Shown here in pieces: positions 11,080 through 22,023 of a stretch of 64,000 bases of DNA (its first letter is position 1; each line of letters opens with the position of its first letter). Source of the DNA: Saccharolobus solfataricus P2 (GTDB lineage: Archaea > Thermoproteota > Thermoprotei_A > Sulfolobales > Sulfolobaceae); NCBI RefSeq assembly GCF_000007005.1, contig NC_002754.1; one strand, given 5' to 3'. A model generated the notes under the pieces. It ran no database searches. It saw nothing but the letters and a program-made list of their open reading frames with translations, and was not told the origin of the DNA. The translations under genes and the position numbers were made by a program.

Positions 11080-11778
11080 ATGAGCTTTGATCCAATATAT
11101 TTCCTAACTCCCATAATAGTGATGGTGTTCTCTTTCGGAATGGTATATAAGCTAGTTAAGTCTATCAAAGTATTAATGTTTTCTGCACTAGCTTATTTCA
11201 TAGCTATCGTATTAAAGGTTTTAGTACAATTTTTTACCTTAGGTTATTTAGCATCAATTAATAGTTTAGCAGTTTTAGGTTTATATTATGGGTTGCAAAC
11301 TTCCATATTTGAAGTCGGTCTAGCTTACGTCTTTGCACTATTGGGGAAGTTAAAGAATGGTTGGGGTTATGGAGTGTCTTTAGCGATGTGGGAAAACGGA
11401 GTATTAATATCAATACCCACGCTCTTTATATACATAGCCTATTACTTTTTTCCGTTAATACTATCTACTCCCTCACAACTAGAATATCCAATTACACAAG
11501 CACTACCACTCATCGGGCTTAGCATACTTGAAAGGGTCTCGTCACTTCTAATTCATTCATCATGGGGATATCTCTCAGTATTAAGCGTTATTACGGGGAG
11601 AAAAAGATTGATCTTAGTGGCTTTTCCAATGGGTTTCGTGGACTTTCTAGTACCATTCGAGAAGTACCTCGGAATATTGACATTTGAGTTTATTTTCTTC
11701 TGTATTGGATTAATTTGTTTAGTTATGGCTTGGTCTTTGGGAAAATATTATCGTTCAACCTCCTCTAAGGATACGTAA
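11080..11778 (+). CDS. YhfC/PrsW-like intramembrane glutamic protease family
   Basis: TM protein with IFEVG, WENG and ERVSSLLIH motifs. Confidence 0.65.
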   Translation: MSFDPIYFLTPIIVMVFSFGMVYKLVKSIKVLMFSALAYFIAIVLKVLVQFFTLGYLASINSLAVLGLYYGLQTSIFEVGLAYVFALLGKLKNGWGYGVSLAMWENGVLISIPTLFIYIAYYFFPLILSTPSQLEYPITQALPLIGLSILERVSSLLIHSSWGYLSVLSVITGRKRLILVAFPMGFVDFLVPFEKYLGILTFEFIFFCIGLICLVMAWSLGKYYRSTSSKDT

Positions 11779-13055
11779 TTCGTATCTATACCTTTAAAGT
11801 ACCATATTATTGTAGCAATACCTCCAATTAGCCACAGTATCGTGTTATACAATATGTAATTAGTTAAATTAAAGGATTGAGTAACATAAGTTGAGATCGC
11901 ATATGCGGTAATTGGAACGAGCCTAATTAGGCCTATCATGAACGCCCTCAACTTCTTTGGCATTAACACAGGTTCGTATATCGTCCTAATTGCCCAGCTA
12001 AATTCACTAAACAACATATTGACAATTAGTAATGAGTAAAACATTCCGAAGTTGAAGTTAGTGGTTAGGTATAGAATTGGAATCATACTAAGACTACCTC
12101 CCACATATGATATTAACGCGAAGATTCTGGTCCTTATCTTGTTCGCAATATACGCTGCTATAAAACCAGAAATTGAAGCCCCTAAATTTGCTATGAAGAT
12201 AATGAAAGGGGTTTGTGACGAGGAGAAATAATAGTCTGCGACCACAAATGCCATTAAGCCATAGGTTAAATATTGAGAAAGTCCTATTATAGCTAGAAAT
12301 GCGTATCTAGAACCTAAACTTAGCTTTTTGTTCACATTAACTTCTTTTGCTTCTGTTGTACCGTCTTTTACAACCTTGCTAGCCTCAATTTTTGCCTTAT
12401 TTATATCTCCTTTAGTTGCCAACCATCTTACAGATTCTGGTAACAATAGCCTTATTATCACTGCCGTAACAATGCCCAATATTGCGACAACGGTAAGGGC
12501 TAAGAGTTCTATTATGAAAGAATTTGAAAGGCTATACGTTAAATACCCAACTAGAGCAGCTACCATTGCGCCAATATTGTCGAAATTTGGAGCCAATACT
12601 AACATCATATCTCTGTATTTGAGAGGCATCATCTCTGCAGTATATGATAGCATCACTGGGACTTCACCCTCAACTCCAAATATTCCTAAAACTATTCCTA
12701 AGATTATTAGAATTAATGAAGGGAATTTTGCTAGATTATCTGTACTGAAACCAGCTAAGACTGACGCTAAAACTAGTAATATGGTTCCAACAGAATATAG
12801 TGACATTGTAATGAAGAAGGTGGTCTTCCTACCCAACTTCTTATCTGAAAATAATGAAAGTGCTAAGTTACCTGCTAGTGTTGCAAATGTTGGGGTTAGT
12901 AGGAATAATACACTATTTATATTAGGATAAATTAAGGGAGCAATAGAAGCAATTACTCCCCACATGAAGTAACCTATTGCAAGTGAGGCAAACATTAGCG
13001 AATGTATTGAAGTCCACTTTGCCGTATCGATTAGTCTCTCAATACTCTTCTCCAT
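11748..13055 (-). CDS. MFS transporter
   Basis: 12-TM pattern, SDKKLGRK loop, AEMMPLKYR and LPESVRWL motifs. Confidence 0.9.
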   Translation of the reverse strand: MEKSIERLIDTAKWTSIHSLMFASLAIGYFMWGVIASIAPLIYPNINSVLFLLTPTFATLAGNLALSLFSDKKLGRKTTFFITMSLYSVGTILLVLASVLAGFSTDNLAKFPSLILIILGIVLGIFGVEGEVPVMLSYTAEMMPLKYRDMMLVLAPNFDNIGAMVAALVGYLTYSLSNSFIIELLALTVVAILGIVTAVIIRLLLPESVRWLATKGDINKAKIEASKVVKDGTTEAKEVNVNKKLSLGSRYAFLAIIGLSQYLTYGLMAFVVADYYFSSSQTPFIIFIANLGASISGFIAAYIANKIRTRIFALISYVGGSLSMIPILYLTTNFNFGMFYSLLIVNMLFSEFSWAIRTIYEPVLMPKKLRAFMIGLIRLVPITAYAISTYVTQSFNLTNYILYNTILWLIGGIATIIWYFKGIDTNYVSLEEVER

Positions 13056-13191
13056 ATGTAAAAATGATAATTAGTAACTTATAAAGTCACTTATTTTGAA
13101 TTTTTAATAGACCATCACCAAATCAGCCCTGAGACCACTCTTCACCTCTCAAGTCCTGCCCACTCATTCCTCTTCAACGAAATATAAAAAC

Positions 13192-13734
13192 CTAATCGTC
13201 TCCTTTAAATAATAATTCAACAATAGTGTTTCTAATATCGTAGGCTATCTTTTTACCTAATTCAGTACCTGGGCCTATGAAATATTCGTTTCCAGGTAAA
13301 GAGCCAACTGCAATTGCATCACTTACAGTACCCGTAAACTTATATCCCAAATCCCTTAAAGCTCCAGCCTTAGCCTCTGTTACTGTTCTTATTAAGTCAA
13401 CTAATCCATTAATGTTTAACCCTTTATCAACAAACACCCCAATATTAATAGTACAACCTGCATCCTCACCGCTTCTCCCAATTCCAGCACTGATGAAAAA
13501 TTTACCCCAATCAGTTTCTTTAAAAGTGTAATTCTTTGCAGCAGTCATGAACATTATGGCAGATTTAGAGGGACACCAGTTAATTACATCTCCCCAAGGG
13601 TTACCACTACAATAACTTTTATCAACGAAAATACTACAAATTTGGTTAACTCTAATTATTCCTTCTGGATATAAAGCTGAAGTTAAAATTATGTACTCTT
13701 TTCCAAGATCAAACCTAACAATTTTTGGCTCCAT
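13192..13734 (-). CDS. cbiZ: Adenosylcobinamide amidohydrolase
   Basis: FMTAA, GCTINI, TVTEAKAGAL, TGTVSDAIAV motifs. Confidence 0.75.
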   Translation of the reverse strand: MEPKIVRFDLGKEYIILTSALYPEGIIRVNQICSIFVDKSYCSGNPWGDVINWCPSKSAIMFMTAAKNYTFKETDWGKFFISAGIGRSGEDAGCTINIGVFVDKGLNINGLVDLIRTVTEAKAGALRDLGYKFTGTVSDAIAVGSLPGNEYFIGPGTELGKKIAYDIRNTIVELLFKGDD

Positions 13735-13907
13735 TAATCAAAGGTTTATTATCAATCTTTAAATTAATTTAGGTTGAAACAACTATAGAGGGGTTTTTTG
13801 AATGTTTTTAACAAAATTAAAAATCGAACTTATAGGTATGACTACTCGAGGTAAGTTTCCCTTGAAAACGAATTTATAATTTTTTAAACTCTTTAAACAT
13901 TAGAAGA

Positions 13908-15335
13908 TTGATGTCTTCAGTTAAAAACGAATACGATGCAATTCATAGGGAATTACGAGAACAAGGTTTTATTAGAACTGATTATCCCCCAAATCCATCT
14001 GAAGTGTTATGGAATAAGAAGATAATGACAATGAAAAGAGAGGAAATCGATAAGTTAAAGACGTTTAGACTAAGAAGGATTATAAAGTGGGCATGGGAAA
14101 ACATTGAGTTCTATAGAAGGTTTTGGAAATCTAAAAACTTCGAACCAGACATGATAAAGGACTGGAGGGATATCGCTAAAATACCGATATTGAGAAAAGA
14201 TGAAATTAGGAAAGACCTACAGCAAAATCCTCCATTTGGTACAATTTTCCATCCAGAATTGGCTAATCACATAAGATTTGTTGGAGCGACTTCTGGCTCA
14301 ACTGGATTACCTACCTTCCAAGGATGGGGGGCTTTGGAAATGGACTACTTCCAAGAAGCCCAGGCAAGGTACTTGTGGACTTTTGCCGAAGTTAAGCCAA
14401 CTAAGGTTTACGCAAACTACCTAAACATGAGTGGCTTTTATAGTTGGGGGCCTCCGGTTGTTGAGACCGCAATGTGGAGATGTGGGGCAACTGTCATAGC
14501 TGGAGGTGGTGAGACATACTTCTCATGGAAGAATAGACACAACCTGATCTTCAAACTATGGAAAGTTGACGTATTCGCCACAACTCCTTGGCTACATAGA
14601 TTAGTAGGAGAGGAGGCTAAAATTGAGGGTTGGGAAACTCCCTTCAAGGTTTTGCTACTTCACGGTGGTGCAGCTGCTGAAAACACTAAAAAGAAATTAT
14701 TCAAGGTTCATCCAAATGCTGAATTAGCTATAAGTGTTTGGGGAACCACTGATGGACATATGGCTATTGAAGTTCCAAGCTTAGAAGGACAATTAGTAGT
14801 TTGGGAGGACATGGAGATATTTGATATTGTAGACCCTAAGACTGATGAACCAGTATCTGGGGGAGAAAGAGGTGAACTGATAGCGACCTTGTTAAATCAC
14901 TTTACCATGCCTTTAATACGCTATAGTTTAGGAGATTACGTTAAGAATGACTTCCTGACCGATCCGGATCCTAAGTATGGTATAACTCACATGAGATTTG
15001 CTGAGCCAATACCAGGTAGGGTTGAGTGGATGTTCTTCGTTAAAGGGAAACTATTATTGCCAATTTACGTTGAGGACGCTGTGAATGAAATTCCAGACAC
15101 TACTGGAATGTTTAACATTTTCATTTACGATAATAGTATGGATAAATTGAAGATTAGAATAGAGACAAGGAGGGAACAGGTTAATTCTACTTACGATAAG
15201 CAAGCCAGAGAGATATTAGCGAGCAGGATTGGGATTAACCCAGATGACGTTGAGATAGAGTGGGTAAAGCCTGGAAATACAATATGGACGGGCTACAAGT
15301 TGCAAGTGTTTGTTGACCAGAGGAAGAAGAAATAA
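13908..15335 (+). CDS. Phenylacetate-CoA ligase-like (PaaK family) acyl-CoA ligase
   Basis: [10 protein letters not shown]-loop, [20 protein letters not shown]. Confidence 0.8.
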   Translation: MMSSVKNEYDAIHRELREQGFIRTDYPPNPSEVLWNKKIMTMKREEIDKLKTFRLRRIIKWAWENIEFYRRFWKSKNFEPDMIKDWRDIAKIPILRKDEIRKDLQQNPPFGTIFHPELANHIRFVGATSGSTGLPTFQGWGALEMDYFQEAQARYLWTFAEVKPTKVYANYLNMSGFYSWGPPVVETAMWRCGATVIAGGGETYFSWKNRHNLIFKLWKVDVFATTPWLHRLVGEEAKIEGWETPFKVLLLHGGAAAENTKKKLFKVHPNAELAISVWGTTDGHMAIEVPSLEGQLVVWEDMEIFDIVDPKTDEPVSGGERGELIATLLNHFTMPLIRYSLGDYVKNDFLTDPDPKYGITHMRFAEPIPGRVEWMFFVKGKLLLPIYVEDAVNEIPDTTGMFNIFIYDNSMDKLKIRIETRREQVNSTYDKQAREILASRIGINPDDVEIEWVKPGNTIWTGYKLQVFVDQRKKK

Positions 15336-15518
15336 TTTTTCTTTTTACTTATTACTTTATTATACTAGAAATCAAAAATAATAATAGAAAAGTTCTTATG
15401 TAAATAGCTCCGCCCTAATATAGATGGTACGATGTTTCTATCTGAAAGATGTTTTCAAAAATCGTCTTTTCACCACCATTTATAAGTTATAGTATTTTCA
15501 TGAAATTACATCCTATTA

Positions 15519-17069
15519 TCACCATTTAGTTCTCTCTTTTAAAACTTTTTTGTTAACCTTTCCAGTGCTGGTTAGGGGTAAATCATCTACAATAACTATA
15601 TCATCTGGAACCCACCATTTTGGTATCAAACCTTGAGTTGAAGCACTTCTTAAATGGCTGATTATGTTTTCTTTTAAATTTGATCCCTTACCTTTGACTA
15701 ATGCTATAGGTCTTTCTCCCCATTTTTCATCTATTCTACCTATTACAGCAACGAGATCTACTCCACTTACTTCAGATATTATTGACTCAATTATACTAGG
15801 TATTATCCACTCTCCTCCACTCTTTATTAAGTCCTTCTCCCTATCCAAGATTCTTATAGTATGGTAGTCATCTATAATCATAGCTATATCTCCAGTTTTG
15901 AACCAACCATCCTCGTAGGAAGATTTAGTATTCTCTAGATCGTTAAGATACTCACCAGGTAGCCAAGGTGTTTTAACCCATAAATGTCCTATCTCTCCTA
16001 CTTTAGCCTCTTTACCGTCTGGCTTAACTACTTTCAATTCCACGAAAGGAAGAGGATGAGTATATACTCTCGCGTAATCTTCGATGCTTTGTATATTGGT
16101 ATTTGCGGGAATGATAGTAATTGAAATTGCTAACATATCTGTTCCACCATATATTGATGCAAAAGATACTCCACTTTCTTTTAACTTCTTAGCCAGATTA
16201 GATGATATTGGAGAACCACCTATCAAAGTTTTTAAGCCATTTAGTTGCCCTTGTTTGGCTGCGCTTAGTAACATATACATCATTGTGGGGACAGCGTTAA
16301 GCCAGGTTACCTTTTCCTTTTCTATTATTTCCAATGTTTTTATTGGCTCAAATTTTCCACTTGTGACGTATTTAGCGCCTAGGTAAGTAGCGTGAAATAG
16401 TGAACCCCATGACCATAAATGATAATATGGTATAAGACCTAATATGATATCGTTGTTCTTCAACGAAGAAGGGCTATTGTAAAGTGATAGCTGGTGCACC
16501 ATACCTATTGCTCCATGAACCGTTTTTTCATTAGTATACATAACCGCTTTAGGTAACCCTGTTGTACCTGACGTAAATAAGATAGAGTATGGATCACTTC
16601 CTTTAACGTAAATTTCGGGTTCCTTAACTAGTTTTCTACTTACCAAATCATCATAAGTTATCTTAGTATCATTGGAATCTATACTAATAATTTTCTCCTT
16701 AGTGAAGTCCTTAAATAAGAATATGAAATCTTTTGAAGCGAATAACCATTCTACCCTAGCGTGTTTAATTGTATAAAGTAATTGATCGTAGGGTAGTTTG
16801 ACATTAACTGGATATATTATTGTACCTATTAAGCTAGAAGCGAATAATAGCTCAACGAATTTAAGGGTGTTATAATCTGCAACCCCTATTATACTTCCCT
16901 TAGATATTCCAATCGATAACATTGAGTTAGATATACCTATTATTCTTTCATAAGTCTCCTTATATGACTGTCTAACATTGCGAAAAGGATCTACTATTTC
17001 CTTATCTGGCGCCATAGTTACAGCCCTTTTAAGAAGCGAGAATACGGTAAAACCCTCTTGCATTTCCAA
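15519..17069 (-). CDS. Medium/long-chain fatty acid-CoA ligase (AlkK-like)
   Basis: FTSGTTGLPKAV, YGGTD, GWFKTGD, DREKDLIKSGGEWI, LPLTSTGKVNKK. Confidence 0.9.
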   Translation of the reverse strand: MEMQEGFTVFSLLKRAVTMAPDKEIVDPFRNVRQSYKETYERIIGISNSMLSIGISKGSIIGVADYNTLKFVELLFASSLIGTIIYPVNVKLPYDQLLYTIKHARVEWLFASKDFIFLFKDFTKEKIISIDSNDTKITYDDLVSRKLVKEPEIYVKGSDPYSILFTSGTTGLPKAVMYTNEKTVHGAIGMVHQLSLYNSPSSLKNNDIILGLIPYYHLWSWGSLFHATYLGAKYVTSGKFEPIKTLEIIEKEKVTWLNAVPTMMYMLLSAAKQGQLNGLKTLIGGSPISSNLAKKLKESGVSFASIYGGTDMLAISITIIPANTNIQSIEDYARVYTHPLPFVELKVVKPDGKEAKVGEIGHLWVKTPWLPGEYLNDLENTKSSYEDGWFKTGDIAMIIDDYHTIRILDREKDLIKSGGEWIIPSIIESIISEVSGVDLVAVIGRIDEKWGERPIALVKGKGSNLKENIISHLRSASTQGLIPKWWVPDDIVIVDDLPLTSTGKVNKKVLKERTKW

Positions 17070-17074
17070 AACCT

Positions 17075-18715
17075 CTATTTCATCTCTTCCATATTTATGA
17101 GCTCACGTATCTCAGATATATAATCTCGTAGAATGCTTCTACCCATTAGAAATCTCTCATAGTAGATCTTCGACAACATTGTGAATCGCTCAATACCCAA
17201 CTTACGGCCCATATGGGATAGTAATATCACGGAAATACCATGCCCTAAAGTTAATAGTAAATCTTTTGAGTAAAACTGCATCTCATATTCTCTGTAAGTT
17301 AGGAGCGTGGTGGCCTTATCTTTGATGAAATCAAGCGTTTTGGAAGCTATCTCATCCTTTGCTTCATTTACAATCCCTTCCAAGTCCCTTATTAGTTGTC
17401 TATGTGCTTCCTTCTTCACCATGGCTTCGAGCATCTCTAAAGCCTGAATGTTTCCAGTCCCTTCCCAAATTGGAGTTATAAGCGCTTCTCTGTGAAGTCT
17501 TTCTATAGGAAACTCTTCGAGAAATCCAATTCCTCCATGAATCTCCATTGCCATTCTTGATACTTGAGATGCTATTTCAGCTGTAATATGCTTAGAAATA
17601 TGAGTCAATAGACGCGCATAATGGTACTGCTCATTGTAGAAAGGTGGCATAGCTTTCCAAGATTTTTGGAACTGATCTATTGCCTTAAAAGTTACTACCA
17701 TACCTCCTTCAATCATGAGCTCCATTTCAAGTAAATCTTTCTGAATTAGGGGATGTTCAATTAATGCCTTACCAAAAGCTTTTCTGGATTGCGAATAATA
17801 ATAGGATTCGAGAAAAGACTTCCTCGCTATACCTAAAGCCCCTACAGCATTGGATAATCTTGATACCATAAGATCCTCAGTTATGTAATATATCCCATAT
17901 TCCTTTTCTCCTATAAGATAAGCCTCTGAACTGTTAAACTCCACCTCTCCAGTTGGCACACTGTTTGTTCCACTTTTTCTCTTAAGTCTTCTTATCAAAA
18001 AATTCTTTTCACCTTTATTGTTCTTTTTAGGAACTAGGAATAGGGAAAGGCCTTTAGCCCCACTCTTACTTCCCATAGGTCTAGCACTTACTAACGCTAA
18101 ATCAGCCAACCCGACACCGCTAGCGAAATATTTAGTATTTCCTTTTAATAGCCAATACTTACCGTTAAATTCAGCCTCCACTAAATTAGATCCTAAGTCA
18201 CTTCCACCTTGAATCTCAGTGAACCACGTAGCTCCGAAAAGCAACTCATCTGAATCTCCTATTAGATAGGGAACGTATTTCTTTAGTTCCTCGCTACCGT
18301 ATTTATAGAGAGCGTATGCGGTCTGATTGGTAATTGTAAGTATGCATGCTATACCTGGATCAGAAACTAGATATATTGAAGCGTAGTGCTTATGCCAATT
18401 TTCCTCTTTATATGGAAATTTATTAATATCGAAATCTTTGATTAGCCTTTTAATAGCTGCCCTTAGAGAAGGATCAATCCATACTTCATCTACTCTCTCC
18501 CCATTTACGCTCCACATTACGTGTATGGGTCTAGCTCTCTTATCTACATGTTCCGCAATTTCATATAACTCTCCCCCTGCAAACTCACCTAATTTTGAGA
18601 AGTCTGCTTTCACATCAAAATATTCCAAAATCTTTTGTAATGGTTTATCAATATTAAAATGATTTTTGCCATACGCACTAGATATATATGAGAAAGGACT
18701 ATTACCCTTACTCAT
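17075..18715 (-). CDS. Acyl-CoA dehydrogenase (AidB-like)
   Basis: TWFTEIQGGSD, RLKRKSGTNSVPTGE, HGGIGFLEEF, PIWEGTGNIQ. Confidence 0.9.
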   Translation of the reverse strand: MSKGNSPFSYISSAYGKNHFNIDKPLQKILEYFDVKADFSKLGEFAGGELYEIAEHVDKRARPIHVMWSVNGERVDEVWIDPSLRAAIKRLIKDFDINKFPYKEENWHKHYASIYLVSDPGIACILTITNQTAYALYKYGSEELKKYVPYLIGDSDELLFGATWFTEIQGGSDLGSNLVEAEFNGKYWLLKGNTKYFASGVGLADLALVSARPMGSKSGAKGLSLFLVPKKNNKGEKNFLIRRLKRKSGTNSVPTGEVEFNSSEAYLIGEKEYGIYYITEDLMVSRLSNAVGALGIARKSFLESYYYSQSRKAFGKALIEHPLIQKDLLEMELMIEGGMVVTFKAIDQFQKSWKAMPPFYNEQYHYARLLTHISKHITAEIASQVSRMAMEIHGGIGFLEEFPIERLHREALITPIWEGTGNIQALEMLEAMVKKEAHRQLIRDLEGIVNEAKDEIASKTLDFIKDKATTLLTYREYEMQFYSKDLLLTLGHGISVILLSHMGRKLGIERFTMLSKIYYERFLMGRSILRDYISEIRELINMEEMK

Positions 18716-18785
18716 AGTCTATATTTATTCTTATATAACTTATAAGCGTATAGTACTTTAGGAATGTGAATTACCTCACCCTCAT

Positions 18786-18835
18786 GGTAGACCCAGAAAT
18801 TACTTCTTAAAAATAAATTTGTAATATTAGTAATC
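18786..18835 (-). mobile_element. Isolated degenerate ISH3-family (ISC1200/ISC1225-like) right end
   Basis: ggtagacccagaaattacttcttaaaaataaat resembles the reverse complement of the right end ending at 54391. Confidence 0.6.
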
Positions 18836-18839
18836 CACT

Positions 18840-19237
18840 TTACCAGTAGTGAAGAAAGGCGTACCATCAGTTAAGGCGTTCCACATCCAAAAGTTTTCCC
18901 TCTTAGGACAGTGCCTAACATAAGTCTAACTCTCGCCAAGAACAATAAATTTTGCAGTAAAATTCCTTAATTGATCTTGAAGAATTGATAGACTTTCCGC
19001 TTCCTCCGGAATTCTCTCCCTAAGAGTGAGGTTAATTACACTGATGATTACTCTGTTCATCAAGTTCTTGATAATCGTGTTGCGAGTAAGAAATACGCTA
19101 TCGAGAGTTATAATTCTTATTGTAGGTCCCACTTTGCTATATTAGCTAGGGATACTAAGGTCAATAGGGTGAGAGGATTGTTGATTATAGTCTTGTTGAA
19201 CGTCATGTACCTTGTTCAAGGTAGTCTTCTCCCTTGA
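18840..19237 (-). pseudogene. IS1-family transposase remnant
   Basis: Minus strand reads ES*TYVRHCPKRENFWMWNALTDGTPFFTTG, like the DESWTY...WIWNAL motif of Sulfolobus IS1-type elements. Confidence 0.5.
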
Positions 19238-20292
19238 CGGTAGACCCAAAATCATTTTACAAAATACTTTCGATAAGGTAATATTAGTTTTGCAGAAGAT
19301 AAATGGAATTTATAACAATATAAAGAGTTCAACAAATTGAAGAAAGGCTTAAGGTGAAAAAGACTGTATTATCACAAGATGAACCACGATGATAACACTT
19401 GATCTTCCCCACCAAAATAACACTCAACAAATAGGGTATAAATTACTTTCCATATTAGACTTCCAAGGGAAAAAGGCAGAGAACCTAGAGACGCTGAAGG
19501 GAGAGAAGGAAATAGACATTTCAATAGACTGGACCACCAAAACCTGGTACGGGAAACCGGTGGAAGTAAGCTCGGAAAAGGGAAACTCATGGAACTACGC
19601 CACTGAAATGACTAAACATAATGGGAAAGTGCTCCTACTGGCTTTCGTCACACAAGTAAACGAGATGACCAAGGACTACATCGTGAAGATCCTCGTGGAG
19701 CAGGTTACTGCAATGGGGTTCAAGATAAGGTTGATAACTCTTGACGCAGGTTTCTACACAGTTGATGTGCTCAATTTCATTTCACAGTTTAAGTATATAA
19801 TTGCTGTGCCTGTTGGGGACATGAAGGTTTATGAGGAGTTTGATGGAGAGTATATGACAAATAGTAAGAGGCATAGGAGGGATGAGCAGGTTAAGTTCAG
19901 GCTTTTGGTCTATGGTAGGGAGAAGATTAAGAGGAAGAAGGTTGTTTACTTTGCTAGGGGGACTAATCTCGACCTACCGAAGAAGGAGGCGTTAAAGTTG
20001 TACGACAAGGTAAGGAGTCCCATAGAGACTTCTTACCGGAACATCAAGGCCCTCCTTCCCTTCACCAGTTCCACTAAGTTCGTCTTCCACATGTTGATCT
20101 TCGTTTTAGCCATGATCTTCTACTCCCTGTACACCGTATTTAAGGGTATGGCGAGAAGGGAAGAGTTCAGGTTATTACTAATTCTTTTGTTTCCTGGTGA
20201 TTTATTCAATCTAGAAAATTCTCTATTTAAGCTACTAGAAACACTTATTAATACAATAGATTTATTTTTGTAAAATGATTTTGGGTCTACCG
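19238..20292 (+). mobile_element. ISH3-family element (ISC1200/ISC1225-like), internally deleted copy
   Basis: 27-bp perfect terminal IR cggtagacccaaaatcattttacaaaa (19238-19264 / 20266-20292) around a transposase ORF. Confidence 0.9.
19389..20273 (+). CDS. ISH3-family DDE transposase lacking about 52 internal N-terminal residues
   Basis: SIDWTT, TLDAGFY and RSPIETSYR motifs; alignment to 53404-54378 shows the in-frame gap. Confidence 0.85.
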   Translation: MITLDLPHQNNTQQIGYKLLSILDFQGKKAENLETLKGEKEIDISIDWTTKTWYGKPVEVSSEKGNSWNYATEMTKHNGKVLLLAFVTQVNEMTKDYIVKILVEQVTAMGFKIRLITLDAGFYTVDVLNFISQFKYIIAVPVGDMKVYEEFDGEYMTNSKRHRRDEQVKFRLLVYGREKIKRKKVVYFARGTNLDLPKKEALKLYDKVRSPIETSYRNIKALLPFTSSTKFVFHMLIFVLAMIFYSLYTVFKGMARREEFRLLLILLFPGDLFNLENSLFKLLETLINTIDLFL

Positions 20293-20517
20293 CAGAGAGG
20301 CGAGGCTTTCCGCCCCCTTAACCTCCAATTTTAGTAAATAAGCCGTTAGCTTCTCCTCCAATTACTACCACTGTAGTTCTCATTTTCATAGGATTACATC
20401 TGACTGATATTTATTAACGTTATCCTAAATTTTATTTATGGAGAATGCATTGTATCATCTTTATAAACTTAACTTCACAATTAAATATTAAAATTTAAAT
20501 ATATGTATACATAAATA

Positions 20518-22023
20518 ATGAATACTATGTCACATAAGTTTGTTCTAGCCCTAGATGAGGGTACTACAAGTGCTAGGGCTATACTCTTCGATAGTGACTT
20601 AAACATAGTAAACATAGGGCAATATGAATTCCCGCAGTACTATCCTCAACCTGGCTATGTGGAACATGACCCTGAGGAAATATGGGAAGCTCAAATGTTA
20701 GCCGTAAAAAAGGCTATAAGTAAAATAGATGCTAAACAAATAGTAGCAATAGGGATAACAAACCAAAGGGAGACAACGGTATTATGGGATGCTAAAAGCG
20801 GTAAACCGGTTTACAATGCAATTGTATGGCAGGATAGAAGAACTTCTCCAATAACGGACTGGCTAAAAGCAAATTACTTTAAAATGATAAAGGACAAAAC
20901 TGGGTTAGTTCCAGACCCTTACTTTAGTGCATCTAAGATAAAGTGGATACTTGATAATGTGCCCAATGTTAGGGAGAAAGCAGAAAGAGGAGAAATTAAG
21001 TTCGGGACCCTAGATACTTATTTAATCTGGAGGCTTACTAACGGAAAAGCTCATGTAACTGATTACTCTAACGCTTCTAGAACAATGCTTTTTAATATAA
21101 ATAAATTAGAATGTGATAGAGAAATCTTAGAACTTCTAAAAATACCCGAATCTATATTGCCAGAGGTTAAACCATCAAGTGAAATTTACGGTTACAGTGA
21201 GGCGTTAGGAAACTTAATACCTATATCTGGGGACGCAGGAGACCAACAAGCAGCTTTATTCGGTCAAGTAGCGTTTAACGTAGGTGAGATAAAAGCTACT
21301 TATGGTACCGGTAGTTTCATTTTAATGAATATAGGCAATAACCCAATACGATCAGAAAACCTCTTAACTACAATAGCTTGGGGTCTTGAGAAGAATAAGG
21401 CAACGTATGCATTAGAGGGGAGTATATTCATAACTGGTGCAGCTGTACAATGGTTTAGGGACGGCTTACGGGCAATAGACGTTTCAGATGAGATTGAACC
21501 TTTAGCCTCAAATGTGGAAGATAATGGCGGTGTCTATTTCGTTCCAGCTTTTGTTGGATTGGGAGCTCCTTACTGGGATCCATATGCTAGAGGTCTCATA
21601 ATAGGCATAACTAGAGGAACTACTAAAGCTCATATAGCTAGGGCTATTTTAGAATCAATGGCCTATCAAACTAGAGATGTAATTGAGGTAATGCAAAAGG
21701 AATCCGGCATCAGTATAAATTCGCTTAAGGTTGACGGAGGTGCAGCTAAGGATAACCTTTTAATGCAATTCCAAGCTGATATATTAGGTATTAAGGTAAT
21801 CAGACCTAAAGTTATGGAAACTACTTCTATGGGAGTTGCAATGCTAGCAGGTTTAGGTGTAGGCTTATGGAACTCTTTAGAGGAATTAAGGAGCATATGG
21901 AAGGTTGATAAGGAATTCATTCCAAGTATGAGTGAGGAGAAAAGGAGGGCATTGTACTCTGGGTGGAAGGAGGCTGTAAAGAGAGCTATGGGATGGGCTA
22001 AAGTTGTAGGAGGTCAAGTTTAA
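20518..22023 (+). CDS. glpK: Glycerol kinase
   Basis: [44 protein letters not shown]. Confidence 0.97.
   Translation: MNTMSHKFVLALDEGTTSARAILFDSDLNIVNIGQYEFPQYYPQPGYVEHDPEEIWEAQMLAVKKAISKIDAKQIVAIGITNQRETTVLWDAKSGKPVYNAIVWQDRRTSPITDWLKANYFKMIKDKTGLVPDPYFSASKIKWILDNVPNVREKAERGEIKFGTLDTYLIWRLTNGKAHVTDYSNASRTMLFNINKLECDREILELLKIPESILPEVKPSSEIYGYSEALGNLIPISGDAGDQQAALFGQVAFNVGEIKATYGTGSFILMNIGNNPIRSENLLTTIAWGLEKNKATYALEGSIFITGAAVQWFRDGLRAIDVSDEIEPLASNVEDNGGVYFVPAFVGLGAPYWDPYARGLIIGITRGTTKAHIARAILESMAYQTRDVIEVMQKESGISINSLKVDGGAAKDNLLMQFQADILGIKVIRPKVMETTSMGVAMLAGLGVGLWNSLEELRSIWKVDKEFIPSMSEEKRRALYSGWKEAVKRAMGWAKVVGGQV

Noticed and set aside
13110-13180. Short GC-richer patch resembling a tnpB 3' tail
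   Set aside because: Too short and degenerate to assign.
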